This document shows positions 23,965 through 36,489 of a stretch of DNA of 64,000 nucleotides, in pieces. Where the stretch lies: the NCBI GenBank assembly GCA_964016885.1, contig OZ024751.1, positions 50,840,001 through 50,904,000 on the forward strand, written 5' to 3'. The DNA comes from Eledone cirrhosa. Lineage: Eukaryota. The notes under the pieces were generated by a model. That model was not told the DNA's origin and ran no database searches. It saw only the letters and a program-made list of their open reading frames with translations. The translations under genes were made by a program, and so were the position numbers. Numbering within the stretch: position 1 is the first letter of the stretch; each line of letters opens with the position of its first letter.

Positions 23965-25318
23965 GTAGGTGACCTTTAAAACCCTTTATTTTGGCGGGGG
24001 AAGTGTTTGGGGCAAGCATTCGTTAGTTTGGCACTTGCTCGTCTCTTTTAGAGGTGCATTGAGGGAATATTTTGATTCAAGTTTCAATTTGATACGTTTT
24101 TAGTTTTTTCATTTGTTTTTTTTAAGGGTTTCCAGCCATAAAACATTGCCTTAAAAAGGACCCTATGATGAGCATGAAACCTGTCATGGGCCTGCAAGGG
24201 TAACCTAGGTTTTAGTAGGAAAAGTGGCTTTAAATTCTTCTTGTGTTTTTTTTAAGTTTGAAATTTCGAATTGATAAAACAAATGTTATTGGGAAAATGG
24301 GATGGGGGGAGGGTGTCTTTAGCTCTTGATATCCTGTACCACATGAAACCACATTAGCAATCACTCTTGAAAAGTACAAAACAGCACTGTTAGTGTGTTA
24401 CATTAAAAGTTTCTGGACATTTCACAATAATCCCCAAAATAAAGTCCTCAACATTTAATTTTTATTTTCTATGCTTGCATACATTAAACAGGTTTTCACA
24501 TTATGAGGCCAAACAGATTAGGTGACTATGTCCTGCTCATATAGTCCAATTTTTGCTTGGTTTTCTAGATCTGGTTGCCCTTCCTAATGCCAACCACCTT
24601 ACCAAGTGGACTGAGTACTTTCCCTCCTGGAACCAGCACTACCACCATACGGTGTGGACAGAGTGCTTTTTCTCGTAGAACCAGCACTACCACCATACAG
24701 GGTGGACTGGATGTACTTTATCATGGCACTAGTATGACCACTTTACAAGGTGTTCAAAATAATAATAATAATTATAAGTTTTAACATAGGCCCGAAATTA
24801 GAAACTAGGTGAAAGGGACAGTCAGTTATACAACCCGTATTACTTGACTGACACTTTATCAAGCCACAAGGATCAAAGACAAAGTTGCCCTGACCCACTC
24901 CCAAACAGTTTCCATTTACCCAGTTTTCTCACAAGCCTTTGATCACATCAAGGGTATGGATAAAAATAAATTAATATAATATTGTGTTTAAACCTCAAAG
25001 TAAGCACCTCAACCCTTAAAAAAATGTGAAATTTCAAACTGAGAAATTAAATTAAGCAAAATTGAAAGAGAAACTTTAAATGTAGTGGAGGTGTTATTGC
25101 TTGAATCAAAATTTTCCATCTTTGCTAAAAATGTTTTGGAAAGTTTGTTTTTATTTTATTTATTTTATTAACATTTTGGTTACTTTCTTTCCCCCCCAGT
25201 TTAATGCAAGAAAATCTTTATTTTTATCAATTTTATTAGTCTTGTATTGATTTGGTCTCTCAGTTTAGGATGAGTTTGTCTCCTGTCCATGCAGCGTCTA
25301 GTAAAATGTTCTCCTAAC

Positions 25319-25562
25319 CATGTAGCATTTTGTAGAATTGCTTGTGCATGTAGCATCTTATAGAATTGCCTGTGCATGTGGCATCTTATAGAATTGCCTG
25401 TGCATGTGGCATCTTATAGAATTGCCTGTCCATGTAGTGTTTTATAGAATTGCCTGTACATGTACCATTTTATAGGATTGCCTGTACATGTAGCATTTTA
25501 TAGAATTGCCTGTACATGTAGCATTTTATAGAATTGCCTGTATGTGTAGCATTTTAGAATTT
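25319..25562. repeat. 28-bp minisatellite, about 8 copies
   Basis: Unit approximately TAGAATTGCCTGTACATGTAGCATTTTA. Confidence 0.9.
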
Positions 25563-25747
25563 TCTGTGTAAAAAATATATCTGAAATAGAACATTTTTCT
25601 GTCGAATCCTTTTTTGGTTTCCATAATCTGAAGTGTCTGTTTTATTTCATATTTTTGTTTGTGTGATTGAAATTTCATTTTTTTTTTTATTAATTAATTA
25701 ATTTACATAATAAGTTTTTATGAATTTACGCATGTTGAAACTGCTTT

Positions 25748-26505
25748 ATTCTGCTGTCTTCTGTCATTTATCTACTGTCTTCTGTCATCCATCTTCTGCT
25801 ATCATCTATCTACTGCTGTCCTCTGTCATCCATCTTCTGTTGTCCTCTGTCATCCATCTTCTGCTGTCTTCTGTTATCCATCTTCTGCTGTCCTCTGTCA
25901 TCCATCTTCTGCTGTCCTCTGTCATCCACCTTCTGTTGTCCTCTGTAATCCATCTTCTGCTGTCCTCTGTCATCCATCTTCTGCTGTCCTCTGTCATCCA
26001 CCTTCTGTTGTCCTCTGTAATCCACCTTCTGTTGTCCTCTGTAATCCATCTTCTTCTGTCTTCTATCTTCTGCTGTCTTCTGTCATCCATCTTCTGTCCT
26101 CTGTCATCCATCTTCTGTCCTCTGTCATCCATCTTCTGTCCTCTGTCATCCATCTTCTGTCCTCTGTTATCCATCTTCTGTCATCCAACTTCTGCTGTCC
26201 TCTGTCCTCTATCTTCTTCTGCTGTCCTCTGTCATCTTTCTGTCTACTCTCTTCTGTCATCTATCTTCTGCTGTCTTCTGTCCTCTATCTTCTGCTGTCC
26301 TCTATCTTCTGTGTCCTCTGTCATCTCTTCTGTCATCTATCTTCTGCTGTCTTCTGTCCTCTATCTTCTGCTGTCTTCTGCAATCCACCTTCTGTTTCCT
26401 CTGTCATTTATCTTCTGCTGTCATCTCTCTGTCTGCTGTCTTCTGTCATCTATCTTCTACCGTTCTCTGAGATCCCTCTTCTGCTCTCCCCTGTCATCTA
26501 TCATC
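25748..26505. repeat. 24/21-bp pyrimidine-rich minisatellite
   Basis: Unit CTGCTGTCCTCTGTCATCCATCTT degrading into 21-bp and shorter variants. Confidence 0.9.
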
Positions 26506-26800
26506 TCCTCTTCATATTTATCCCTAATATTCCCCATCACAAATCCCACCTGGTTCAATTTTGTCTTTTGCCTTTGCAGGGAGAGAAAGGGGTTGATTAA
26601 ATAAAGTATTACTCATGTACTTTGAACCAATTCACTGGAGTATATCATCCTGTACACTTCCTTTGTTATTGGCATTGTTGGTGTTTTCAAGACTCAACTT
26701 TCAATGAAATACATCTTCACTTCTGTTGTTTCATGCTTGACCTCCACTCTTGGAGATATTGTTTACTCTGTTTTTCTTCCTCCACCTCCACCTTCTAGTT

Positions 26801-26941
26801 ATCATTTAACACTCAACTGTATTCACCTGCACTCAACTTCACTCAGATGCATTCATTTAACACTCAACTGTATTCACCTGCATTCAATTGTACTCAGGTG
26901 CATTCATTTAACACTCAACTGTATTCAGCTTCACTCAACTG
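26801..26941. repeat. 51-bp tandem repeat, about 2.7 copies
   Basis: CATTTAACACTCAACTGTATTCA recurs at a 51-bp period. Confidence 0.8.
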
Positions 26942-27646
26942 CATGTCACACTTCTCTAATCACTGGACCTATTTCTATAATCCGTGTTGTCTTTTGCTTT
27001 GCAGCTTTCATTTTTTTCTTTTTAGTCGCCATGTGTTTCATATATATATATACACACACACACAGTTGCACACAGATACAGACACACACACAGACACACA
27101 ATCACAATCCCACATGCACACACCCAAAATCACACACATACACACACCAATATTATAGTGTATACAGTGTGAACACAACACAGTATATTAACTATATATG
27201 ATACATGCAGTGGAGGGTTTCCCACAAACTATAAAAATAATTTATAAAAGGCATGAAAGCTTATATATGATTTGTATTGCTGCTGTTGCTAAAAATATTA
27301 TTCAAGAATTATTTATTAACTTTTATTTTTTTTTTTTTAGATTATTTTAATGCTAAATGTTTGGCATTTCTCTGCCTTCAATGTTTTTGTTAATAATTGT
27401 TGTTGTTGCTGTTGTTGTTGTTTCAATGTTGAAGCTAAACTTTCCATTTTATTCAATCCACAAAACATACAAACATAAACAGATCTATCCAATGCTGATC
27501 CTTTTTTTGTATTATGTGGATGTGAGACAAATTTCACACACACTCTTGGATAGAGCACAGCTATCTAAAATAACTTCCGGTACACATACACACACAACCT
27601 ATGCATGAAGTTTTCTTGTGTATATACCATCAATATGTTTCAAGTA

Positions 27647-28345
27647 GTGGAGGTGTGTGGCCTAGTGGTAAGGGTGTTGGACTAACGATCATAAGGTCGT
27701 CATTTCGATTCCTGGGCTGGGTTGCGTGTTGTGTTCTTCAGCAAAACACTTCATTTCATGTTGCTCCAGTATACTCAGCTCCCTGGGCATGGATACATTG
27801 AAGCTCCGACGTCTGGCAACTGAGTTGGTAAACACCCACAAAATTATTAACCATCTTGTCAACAACAACCCTGAGTTCCTTTTTGATTTCCATGTGTCTA
27901 ACACACGTGGGCATGCCCACAAAGTCAGAAAACAGCACAGCTCCCATGACTTTCAGAAACATTTTTTCACGCTCAGAGTTGCTGAAGCATGGAACAAACT
28001 ACCAGCATCAGTTGTTAGCTCTCGAGACACTGCATCCTTTAAAACCTCCATGCTTCCTGAGATTCGCCAACACTACACCTAATATTCCCCCTCCATACAC
28101 ACGCACACATGTATATCATGACTCATACACTATTCACTTCCCTGACATTTTTATATTATTCTATGTACTATACATGCACCTTTGGCAAGTTGTAGTGCAC
28201 CTGAGCACTGTACACAATAATTTCATTATTATTTTTAAATGAGTACCAGCTGAGGGTTAACTCTGCGATAGACTGAAGTCTTGTACTCCAGTTGCTTCAT
28301 GCCATGAAACTGGGATAAGCACTGGCTTAACGAGCCTTAAGACAG
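27647..28345 (+). mobile_element. Second tRNA-derived SINE family interrupted by a CR1 fragment
   Basis: A-box TGGCCTAGTGG, B-box-like TTCGATTCC, core AGCAAAACACTT..TGCTCCAGT..CTCAGCT; resumes with AAATGAGTACCAGCTG at about 28237. Confidence 0.6.
27775..28236 (+). mobile_element. CR1-type LINE 3' fragment
   Basis: SLGMDTLKLRRLA...TRGH...FFTLRVAEAWNKLP, 3' UTR and ATT tail; homologous to 1875-2470. Confidence 0.85.
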
Positions 28346-29950
28346 ACTTTAGACTTAGTTGTTTCAAGTATATTGCTGTTACTACTGTTGCAATTGTTAT
28401 TGCAGTTGCTGTTGTTGTTGCAGTTACTGTTGTTGTTGCAATTGCTGCTGTTACTACTGTTGCATTTGATGTTGTTATTGCTACTATTGCAGTTAATGTT
28501 GCTATTACTACTGTTGCAGTAGTAAAGAGCTTTTGGCTTAGCTCAAAGAATTGTTACTGACTTCAACTCAGAATGTAAAGAGCTAAAACATATACCACAA
28601 TGGCATTTTATCTGATGCTCTACCAATTCTTCCAATCCACCACCCTAATAAAGATATATGTAGTGTATGTGTTTGGGTGTTAATGTCAGGGTTGTTGAAT
28701 ATAAATAACAACCAGCATTTACTGATGGAGTACTCAATACAGGTAGTAGAGTCAAATTTTAGATTGACTGGGTCTCTGTGCTTAACAGTTCATCTCAGAT
28801 GAGTTAGCCACTTAAGATGAAAGTTGGTGTCCCAGTCAATGGCCTTAAAAAAAAAAATTATTGTTGGTTGTTGTCACAGATCATATACAGGAGTTCAAAT
28901 TAATGTCTAGCATAGACCTCCTATTGGGTTAAAATATGCTTATAAAAAAATGTAACCTTCGTTTTCTAGGACGCATTAAATTTTCAAGACTCATTTTAAG
29001 AAAAAGGTCAGTGCCTTTGGCACTTGGAAATAGGGTACTTAACCAAGTATTGGTCATCTATGAGAAGTTTTCAAATCAGCACTGCAATATCGCAAAACAT
29101 TAGATTAATTTCTACAATGCTTCTGGTCCTTATAACAGGAGCTGTATTTAGTTTTAGTACCTATATTTAAGCTAAATGAAACTGAGCAGAAATTTCCTAG
29201 GTTTATCTTATCTTAGTGGGGGAAGGGATAGAATTTTCAATGCCAGGAAATCTGATCTTTGTCTTGTGAGATTTTAGAAACTTTGTGAGCGAGCAGTTTC
29301 AAAATTTGAATGCGAGTAAAATTTTGCCTGGGGGTAAGAGCTTCCCCACCCCTTAATTTTTAAGAAGGTTCGAGATATATTTTTTAAAATGTATGCTGTA
29401 TATACTCATATATAATTTGAGAAAATATGTGACAAAAAAAAAATTGATGTTAAAATGGTGGGTCGGGGAGGGGAGGGTCAACTTATATACGAGGTTAATA
29501 TTTTGCTAATTTTCACCAACTTGAACATCTATGTGAAAAAAGGTGCCAAGATATCTGAAGTGATATGTATGGAAATTTCCAGTAATTTCCGTGAATGAAA
29601 ATGACAATATTTTGTCACCATGCTCATAATGCACATTATGTAATGAAACTGTGAAACAAAAGCTATTCTCTAAACAACAGATAAAAACATTTTAGATATT
29701 AAAACTTCATAAAAATATTTTCCACTCATTGGAATTTACAAAACCATGCCATCTAAATATAATATGTTGAGAGACAGGGCTGGGATTTTCAGCCATTTCT
29801 CAGACATAAAATAGTGGGATCTGCTTATATTCAGAACAGACAGAACATAGGTATATCAAGTGTATATTTATAGAATTGCTATAATATTTTTCTATCTTTA
29901 TCTTTTTTCTTTGGTTGTGTTAATTTATTGACTAAAATTTATTTTTGCAG

Positions 29951-30035
29951 CAGTTTTCTGTCCACTGTATGTCCATGCTCTCCGAGCAAGGTCAGTACTG
30001 GACTGAACATTCTCTCCACAAGCTCCTCCAAGTAG
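29951..30035 (+). CDS. Possible alternative BORCS8 exon
   Basis: Acceptor tttttgcag(cag); phase-2 frame (G)SFLSTVCPCSPSKVSTGLNILSTSSSK*; internal donor-like AAG|gtcagt. No homology support. Confidence 0.25.
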
Positions 30036-30589
30036 TGAGAGAGAGAGAGAAACAGACACTCACGGCACTGGTATATCATTCTTTATCTTGCTCTACAGCT
30101 GGATATGTGGTTCTCTCTTCCTAGAAATAATTTTGTCCCCTACACCAACACTGCCTACACTTAGGGATAAGCCAGCATTACTACCATCACCATTTCCTAC
30201 ACCACCACCAGCTACACTAATACTACCTGTATCTATAGCCAGCCAATGAGGATGGGGTCTCTATATGGTCAACGGAGCTGGTAGAAATAGCCGCCAAATG
30301 CCCCTCGTTTTACACCCTGTCAGTCTTCGACAAAGAGAAGGCCCATTGGATAATGTAGTTTGAAATACAACTACACCTGAAAAGTGGGATAGTCACGGCT
30401 GGAATTTCTTTGATCATGGGTTTGCTTGATCAGGGTTGACCTAGGGCTAAATGACATCAACAACACTTACTATGAACCATCAAGAGAGCCTTTACATGGT
30501 TGCTCAACCCTTAAATTACACTCTGTTGTCTTAGAAAATTAAGTGACACAGACAATGAAGTCATAGATATACAAAGAAATGGGACAGTC

Positions 30590-30650
<61 letters not shown>

Positions 30651-30853
30651 ATATTATGTTTGCTTAATCAAGGCATAACTGGGCTAAACAATAATAACAT
30701 AACATACAACAGGTCTAAAGTGGTATGACCATCCTGCAACCCTACACTCCATGCAATAAACCATTGCATGTCAGCATGTGTTCAATGGTTTCCAAACAGT
30801 CTAAGGCATGACATACAAGTCTTTTAACAAGGCTTTTATTTGCTGTAGGTCTT

Positions 30854-31054
30854 TTAACCCTTTAACATTTAAACCAGAATTCTCTCACCACTTTCTGTTC
30901 AAACCGGCCGTAACTGGCTGTTCATACTGACATTTAGGTATTGTCCTCAAATAAATAACATCAAAATCTCATAGATTCAATATTATGTGAGATAAAGCAT
31001 TTACCACAAAAATACAATAGTATATATAGAGTAATGTAAATGCTAAAGCGTTAA
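30854..31054. mobile_element. piggyBac-like MITE
   Basis: TTAA-CCCTTTAACATTTA ... TAAATGCTAAAGCG-TTAA: imperfect TIRs with TTAA sites. Confidence 0.5.
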
Positions 31055-31231
31055 TGCTCAATGCTCAGGCCGAGCTAACAAAACTGAGGGACACACAACG
31101 AGAAATACTTTCACTATGAATGTGATACACCATAGCTGATATATAATAAACCCTGTGACACATGATGCAACCTTAAACATCTTTCTTGTGAAACTACAAA
31201 CATTTCTAGGGAGAGGAACCATGCAGTTTGA

Positions 31232-31487
31232 GTGTGTGTGTGTATATATTTATATATATAAACACACATATATACACATGTATATATATATATAAATATA
31301 TATATTTACATGTATATATTATATATATATATGAGTATTTATATATATGTATATATATGTACATATATATATATATATGTACATATATATATATGTACAT
31401 ATATGTGTATATATATATATGTATATATATATATATGTGTGTATATATATAAGTAATATATATATATATATGTACGTGTATATGTAC

Positions 31488-31582
<95 letters not shown>

Positions 31583-31951
31583 TATTCATATATACCCATG
31601 TATATATATACATATATGGTTTCACCTGTTTCCTGAAGCCTTTTTCGTTGCTAAGTATGTGAAGATATCCTGATATTTTGTTGCCTAATGTTATTATATC
31701 CCTGTCACCTCTCTTGTTTTACACATCTCAGGTTTTCTTAGTTTTTCTTTATTCCTTGAGTTTATACTTGTCTGCTCTCTCTAACACGCGTTCAGCTTCA
31801 CTTATGTCTTAACATCCTGCAGCTTTTGGCTTATCTCCCTTGTAATGATGCTGATACATACATATATATACATATATACACACACACACACATACACACA
31901 TATATATATACACACACACACACACATATATATGTATACATACTCACACAC

Positions 31952-31982
<31 letters not shown>

Positions 31983-32212
31983 CATACATACATATACATA
32001 GGTGTGTATATATATATTTATATGTATATATCTATATAAATGTTTGTATATATGTATATATATATGTGTGTGTGTGTATATATATATATATACATACACA
32101 TATATATGTATATATACACACACACACATGTATATATACACATATACATAGGTGTGTATATATATATGTATATATCTATATACATGTTTGTATATATGTA
32201 TATATATGTGTG

Positions 32213-32262
<50 letters not shown>

Positions 32263-32402
32263 TATATATATACACACACATGTATATATACACATATACA
32301 TAGGTGTGTATATGTATATATCTATATAAATGTTTGTATATATGTATATATATGTGTGTGTGTGTGTTTATATATATATATATTTATATATATATATATA
32401 TA
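31232..32402. repeat. Compound (TA/CA/TG) microsatellite blocks with higher-order duplication
   Basis: 31232-31617 and 31855-32402; the latter repeats CATATACATAGGTGTGTATAT..TATCTATA three times. Confidence 0.9.
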
Positions 32403-32645
32403 GTTTTGCGACGTTTTTGATATGAAATCGTGTATCGAAACAAATATTGTTATACTTGGGGAGGGTCATATTTGTGTAATATTGCCAGAATTAATAACAG
32501 AACACACTCACTGTTTGGTTGGTTTTCGCTTCTGTGTCTTTTATATCGGTAATCTAATTTATTCGGTCCTCAATGTTGCCATTGACTGACCAACGGTCAA
32601 AAATAATACAGATACAATATAGACACAAACACATATATATAGTTT

Positions 32646-32687
32646 ATCAAAGTTCTTTCGTTGCACATCTGCAACATCGTCAGTGGT
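32646..32687 (-). ncRNA. Minimal hammerhead (family A', left arm)
   Basis: Reverse complement of 32726-32767. Confidence 0.65.
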
Positions 32688-32725
32688 ACTATTGTTTCGG
32701 GAATGTAACGGGAGGAAACAATAGC

Positions 32726-32767
32726 ACCACTGACGATGTTGCAGATGTGCAACGAAAGAACTTTGAT
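32726..32767 (+). ncRNA. Minimal hammerhead (family A', right arm)
   Basis: ACCA-CUGACGA-U-GUUGCA[GAUG]UGCAAC-GAAA-GAAC-UU-UGAU; stem II covaries with 982-1024; stem I has a mismatch. Confidence 0.7.
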
Positions 32768-33756
32768 AAACTATATATATGCGTTTGTGTCTATATTGTA
32801 TCTGTATTATTTTTTACCATTGGTCAGTCAATGGCAACATTGAGGACCGAATAAATTAGATTACCGATATAAAAGACACAGAAGCGAAAAGCGAAAACCA
32901 ACCAAACAGTGAGTGTGTTCTGTTATTAATTCTGGCAATATTACACAAATATGACCCTCCCCAAGTATAACAATATATATATATATGTATATATATACAT
33001 ACACACACACATATCTATATATGCTCCTTTTTCTTTTTTTACTCATTGGTTTATATTTTGTACAGCTGTATGTTTATATTTATCTTTTACCTCTTAGTCA
33101 GAGAGGGAATCATCTGTGATTTTGAATTTTTTCAAGACTTTGACTGGTGAGAGGAAGAAGAAAAAGTTATCCTCAAATCATGTCTCAGGCTCATGTGTTT
33201 ACAAGAGTAAATTCCACTGAGAGCACCCCAACACAACCACCTGGTCCTTTGATGCATGAAGCAGAGTTCACTCTGTTGTAAGCATTCAGTCCAAGTCCCT
33301 GGTTTAGAGAACTCCGCTCTCTTCCACCCACTAATTTCAGAGGCCCTGAAAAGGTGTCATGGGCAGTGCCTTTCCATCCATGATTAAACAGTAAAAAATA
33401 TATATATACTGCACACTATCTCGTCCGATGTTCAAACAATTCCATTAATCCAACACCTTGAAGGAATGAAAGGTAAAGTTAACATGAGTAGGATTTAAAC
33501 ACAGTGTAGAAAGGCAGAACAAATATCGCATTTTATCCTATGGCCTAATGATTCTGCCAATTCACTGCCTCTGTGTGTGTGTGCCTGAATGTGCATCTAT
33601 CTATCTATCTATATATATACATATAATGAAGGAATGAAAAATAACACAGATAAGCTATACAGTAGGGTTTATTCCAAGTATTAACAGGTTTCATTGGGTG
33701 GATGTATCTAAAAATTGCTATCTGCAATTTGATTTTAAATACTGCTCATACTAGTC

Positions 33757-33792
<36 letters not shown>

Positions 33793-33940
33793 ATATATCT
33801 ATATATATATATATTGTTATACTTTGGGAGGGTCATGTTGCCAATAAGAAACACACGCACCAGTTGCTCCAATTTATTTATTTTTTTATAAATTTCCGGC
33901 TGGTTGGTTGGTTCCACAACCAGATGGTTGTTCATATATT

Positions 33941-33983
33941 GTCAAAGTTCTTTCGTCACACATTCTGTGACCTCTTCAGTGAC
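33941..33983 (-). ncRNA. Minimal hammerhead (family A)
   Basis: Reverse complement of the 982-1024 motif. Confidence 0.72.
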
Positions 33984-34240
33984 TGGGGATTCTGAACTCC
34001 AACCAAAATTAAATAGAAAACATGAATGGAATAGCAACATCACAACTTACAATTAAGGACAAAATGAAAACACACACACATAGAACAAACAACCAACCAG
34101 TAACATGTAAATAAACAAATAAAAACACACACAGACACCCGGATGTAATACATGCGCAAACTAAGCACACAACACACACAAAAACAAGATGGCGTAGGAC
34201 GGAACAAAGGAGAGGCACAAAGCAAAGAAAAGAATCCCCA

Positions 34241-34283
34241 GTCACTGAAGAGGTCACAGAATGTGTGACGAAAGAACTTTGAC
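34241..34283 (+). ncRNA. Minimal hammerhead (family A)
   Basis: Same sequence as 982-1024. Confidence 0.72.
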
Positions 34284-36458
34284 AATTATGAACAACTGTC
34301 CGGTTGTGGAACCAACCAACCGGAAATTTATAAAAAAATGTTTAATTTATAATAAATTGGAGTGAAAGCAACTGGTGCGTGTGTTTCTTATTGGCAACAT
34401 GACCCTCCCAAAGTATAACAATATCGGTTTCAACACACGTTTTCAGATAAAGAATCTTGCTAAACAAATTCAGAAACTATATATATATAGAGATATATAC
34501 ACATACACATATATATATATATGACTGGTATGAGCAGTATTTAAAATCATATATATATATATGTGTGTGTGTGTATATGTATGTATGTATTAGCTTACTA
34601 CCCAGCAAAAAAATGACACTTTTGTTTTGTCTCCTTTCAGTTGTAATTCTTAATATTTCTGCTTCCAAGCCTTGTTTTATTTTGTCTTCTTTCAGTTATT
34701 TCTATTGGTTTTAAAACTTGAGTCTTGCTGCTGTTTCTTCGTTGTGTTTCTAGTTGGTTTTCCATCAGCACTTCTCTCTTCCCTCCAATTCACATCAAGC
34801 AAGCTTCGATTTCTTCTTTTGATAATCTTTTCTTTGTCATCTTTCTGCAGTCTGAAGTTAAGCAGTTTCTCTGTGTTTGAGAATTTCTTTTGTCTATTTG
34901 ATTTATCTGTAATATATAGCTGTTGTATATTTTAAAAGTTGGCTCTTTACTTGCTTACTCTTATACTTTCACTCTTTACCCTCCTTCATTATTACTTACT
35001 CATTTCATTACTTCTTTTATTCTTCTCTATCTCACACTTTGATATCATCCATTAATTCTCCCCCCCTTCCTCTCTCACTTTCACTCTCTCTCTCTGTATA
35101 TATATATATATATATCACTGTAAATGAGGTTGGTGTTAGGAAGGGCATCAAGCTGTAGAAATCAAGCCAGAATCAGTTCCTGTATGAGCCGACCGGCTAC
35201 TGCCCACAGCAGGACAACCCGTCTAACTCATGCTAGCGTGGAAGAATGGACGTAAAACGGTGATGATGATGATGACATATATATATATGTGTTATTTTAT
35301 CACATTTCTTCTCTTTTTACAGCACTATCTTTCTTCTCTTCTGTTATCTTTTCATTGCCCTTCTTTCATCCCTCTTTATATTTCATTGCCTGACTCCCCA
35401 GTATTCTTGCCCCCCCCCCTCCTCTATATATATAGAGAGTGTGAAAGAAAAACGGGGACGTAATTTAGCCTTTTATAATTGTTTCTACTTTTGGCACAAG
35501 CCAGCAATTACCCCAGTGCATTACTGGTGCTTTATTTTATCAACCCCATAAGGATGAAAAGCAAAGTTAACCTCGGTAGGATTTTGGCCTTTGATAATAT
35601 TGATGTGTCTGTTTATATAGCTTTCTGTGTGTGTGTATTATATGATGAATGTAACATTGTCAATCATTCGATTCTTGTACAGAGTGTACTGGGTGCAGCT
35701 TCAATTGCAAACAACAGCACATGTAAATGTTTGTTTGAGAAGGCTAGCTGTTAATCTGAGTGTGTGCCTCTTTTCTCATTTTTCCTTTTGGTTGTGTTTA
35801 GTGTGTTTTTCCTCAATATCTTTAAACCTTCCTCTCCTGAAACAGTGAGACTGTTAAAATGAACAGCAAGTAGCCATATCTTCCACTCTTGAAGACTTAA
35901 TGTTACTCCCACTGAAGGAGGTCTTCAGCTAGCCTTTCAACCATTTTTTTAGTCCTCCTGCCAGATACTGACTATGATGTAGCTGGCCATAGAGATTTTA
36001 AGGGAGAGCTGAGTCAGAGAAATATGCTTTGTCCAAGCTATTTCAGGGTGCTGTCAGAGATCCAGTCTGTCAAAAATTACCATAAACTTGACCACTACAG
36101 CATATTTTTCTCCTAGAACACAGTCTTTCTGGACTCACCCTCAAGGCAGTAGTGAAGTGGTTGATAAATGTCAAAGCATATCTACCAGGGTCGACCTGCA
36201 CAGTGTATCTGCGGGGCCCACTGCTGCTCTGAGATACTTTGAGAAATTAATCTGGAGATGCAAAACATCTGTTTGCTTATCTTGTGGGGATGTGGGGAGG
36301 CCTGTCAGGATATTTGGTGAAAGAGAAGAGATGTACTGGCTTGGAAGAGAGCTGAAAGCATTAACTACTGCTCCAGATACATCACATCACCCATACATAT
36401 GTGTGCACGTACACACACACGTATATATACACATATAACCTTATACATGCCTAATATG

Positions 36459-36489
<31 letters not shown>

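Larger units (their letters stand above)
32445..32977. mobile_element. Foldback element, divergent family A, about 250-bp arms, hammerhead on each arm
   Basis: Arms about 32445-32698 / 32716-32977; ends ATGACCCTCCCCAAGTATAACAAT like 1153-1176. Confidence 0.85.
33811..34478. mobile_element. PLE family A terminal repeat with inverted partial copy
   Basis: 33811-33992 is the reverse complement of 34232-34424; 33993-34424 matches 717-1177, including the ORF end ELQPKLNRKHEWNSN. Confidence 0.85.

Noticed and set aside
25319-25562. 28-bp repeats (and 48-bp repeats at 8217) as a CRISPR-like array
   Set aside because: Head-to-tail units without unique spacers, no cas genes, eukaryotic context.
25720-26604. 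294-aa LLLSSVIH-repeat ORF
   Set aside because: Minisatellite translation with no splice or homology support.
27647-27720. tRNA-like sequence (also at 8939 and elsewhere)
   Set aside because: A/B boxes belong to SINE heads; no complete cloverleaf.
35845-36438. Moderate-GC stretch with a 116-aa ORF in the last BORCS8 intron
   Set aside because: No phase-compatible splice sites or recognisable domain; probably an old repeat.
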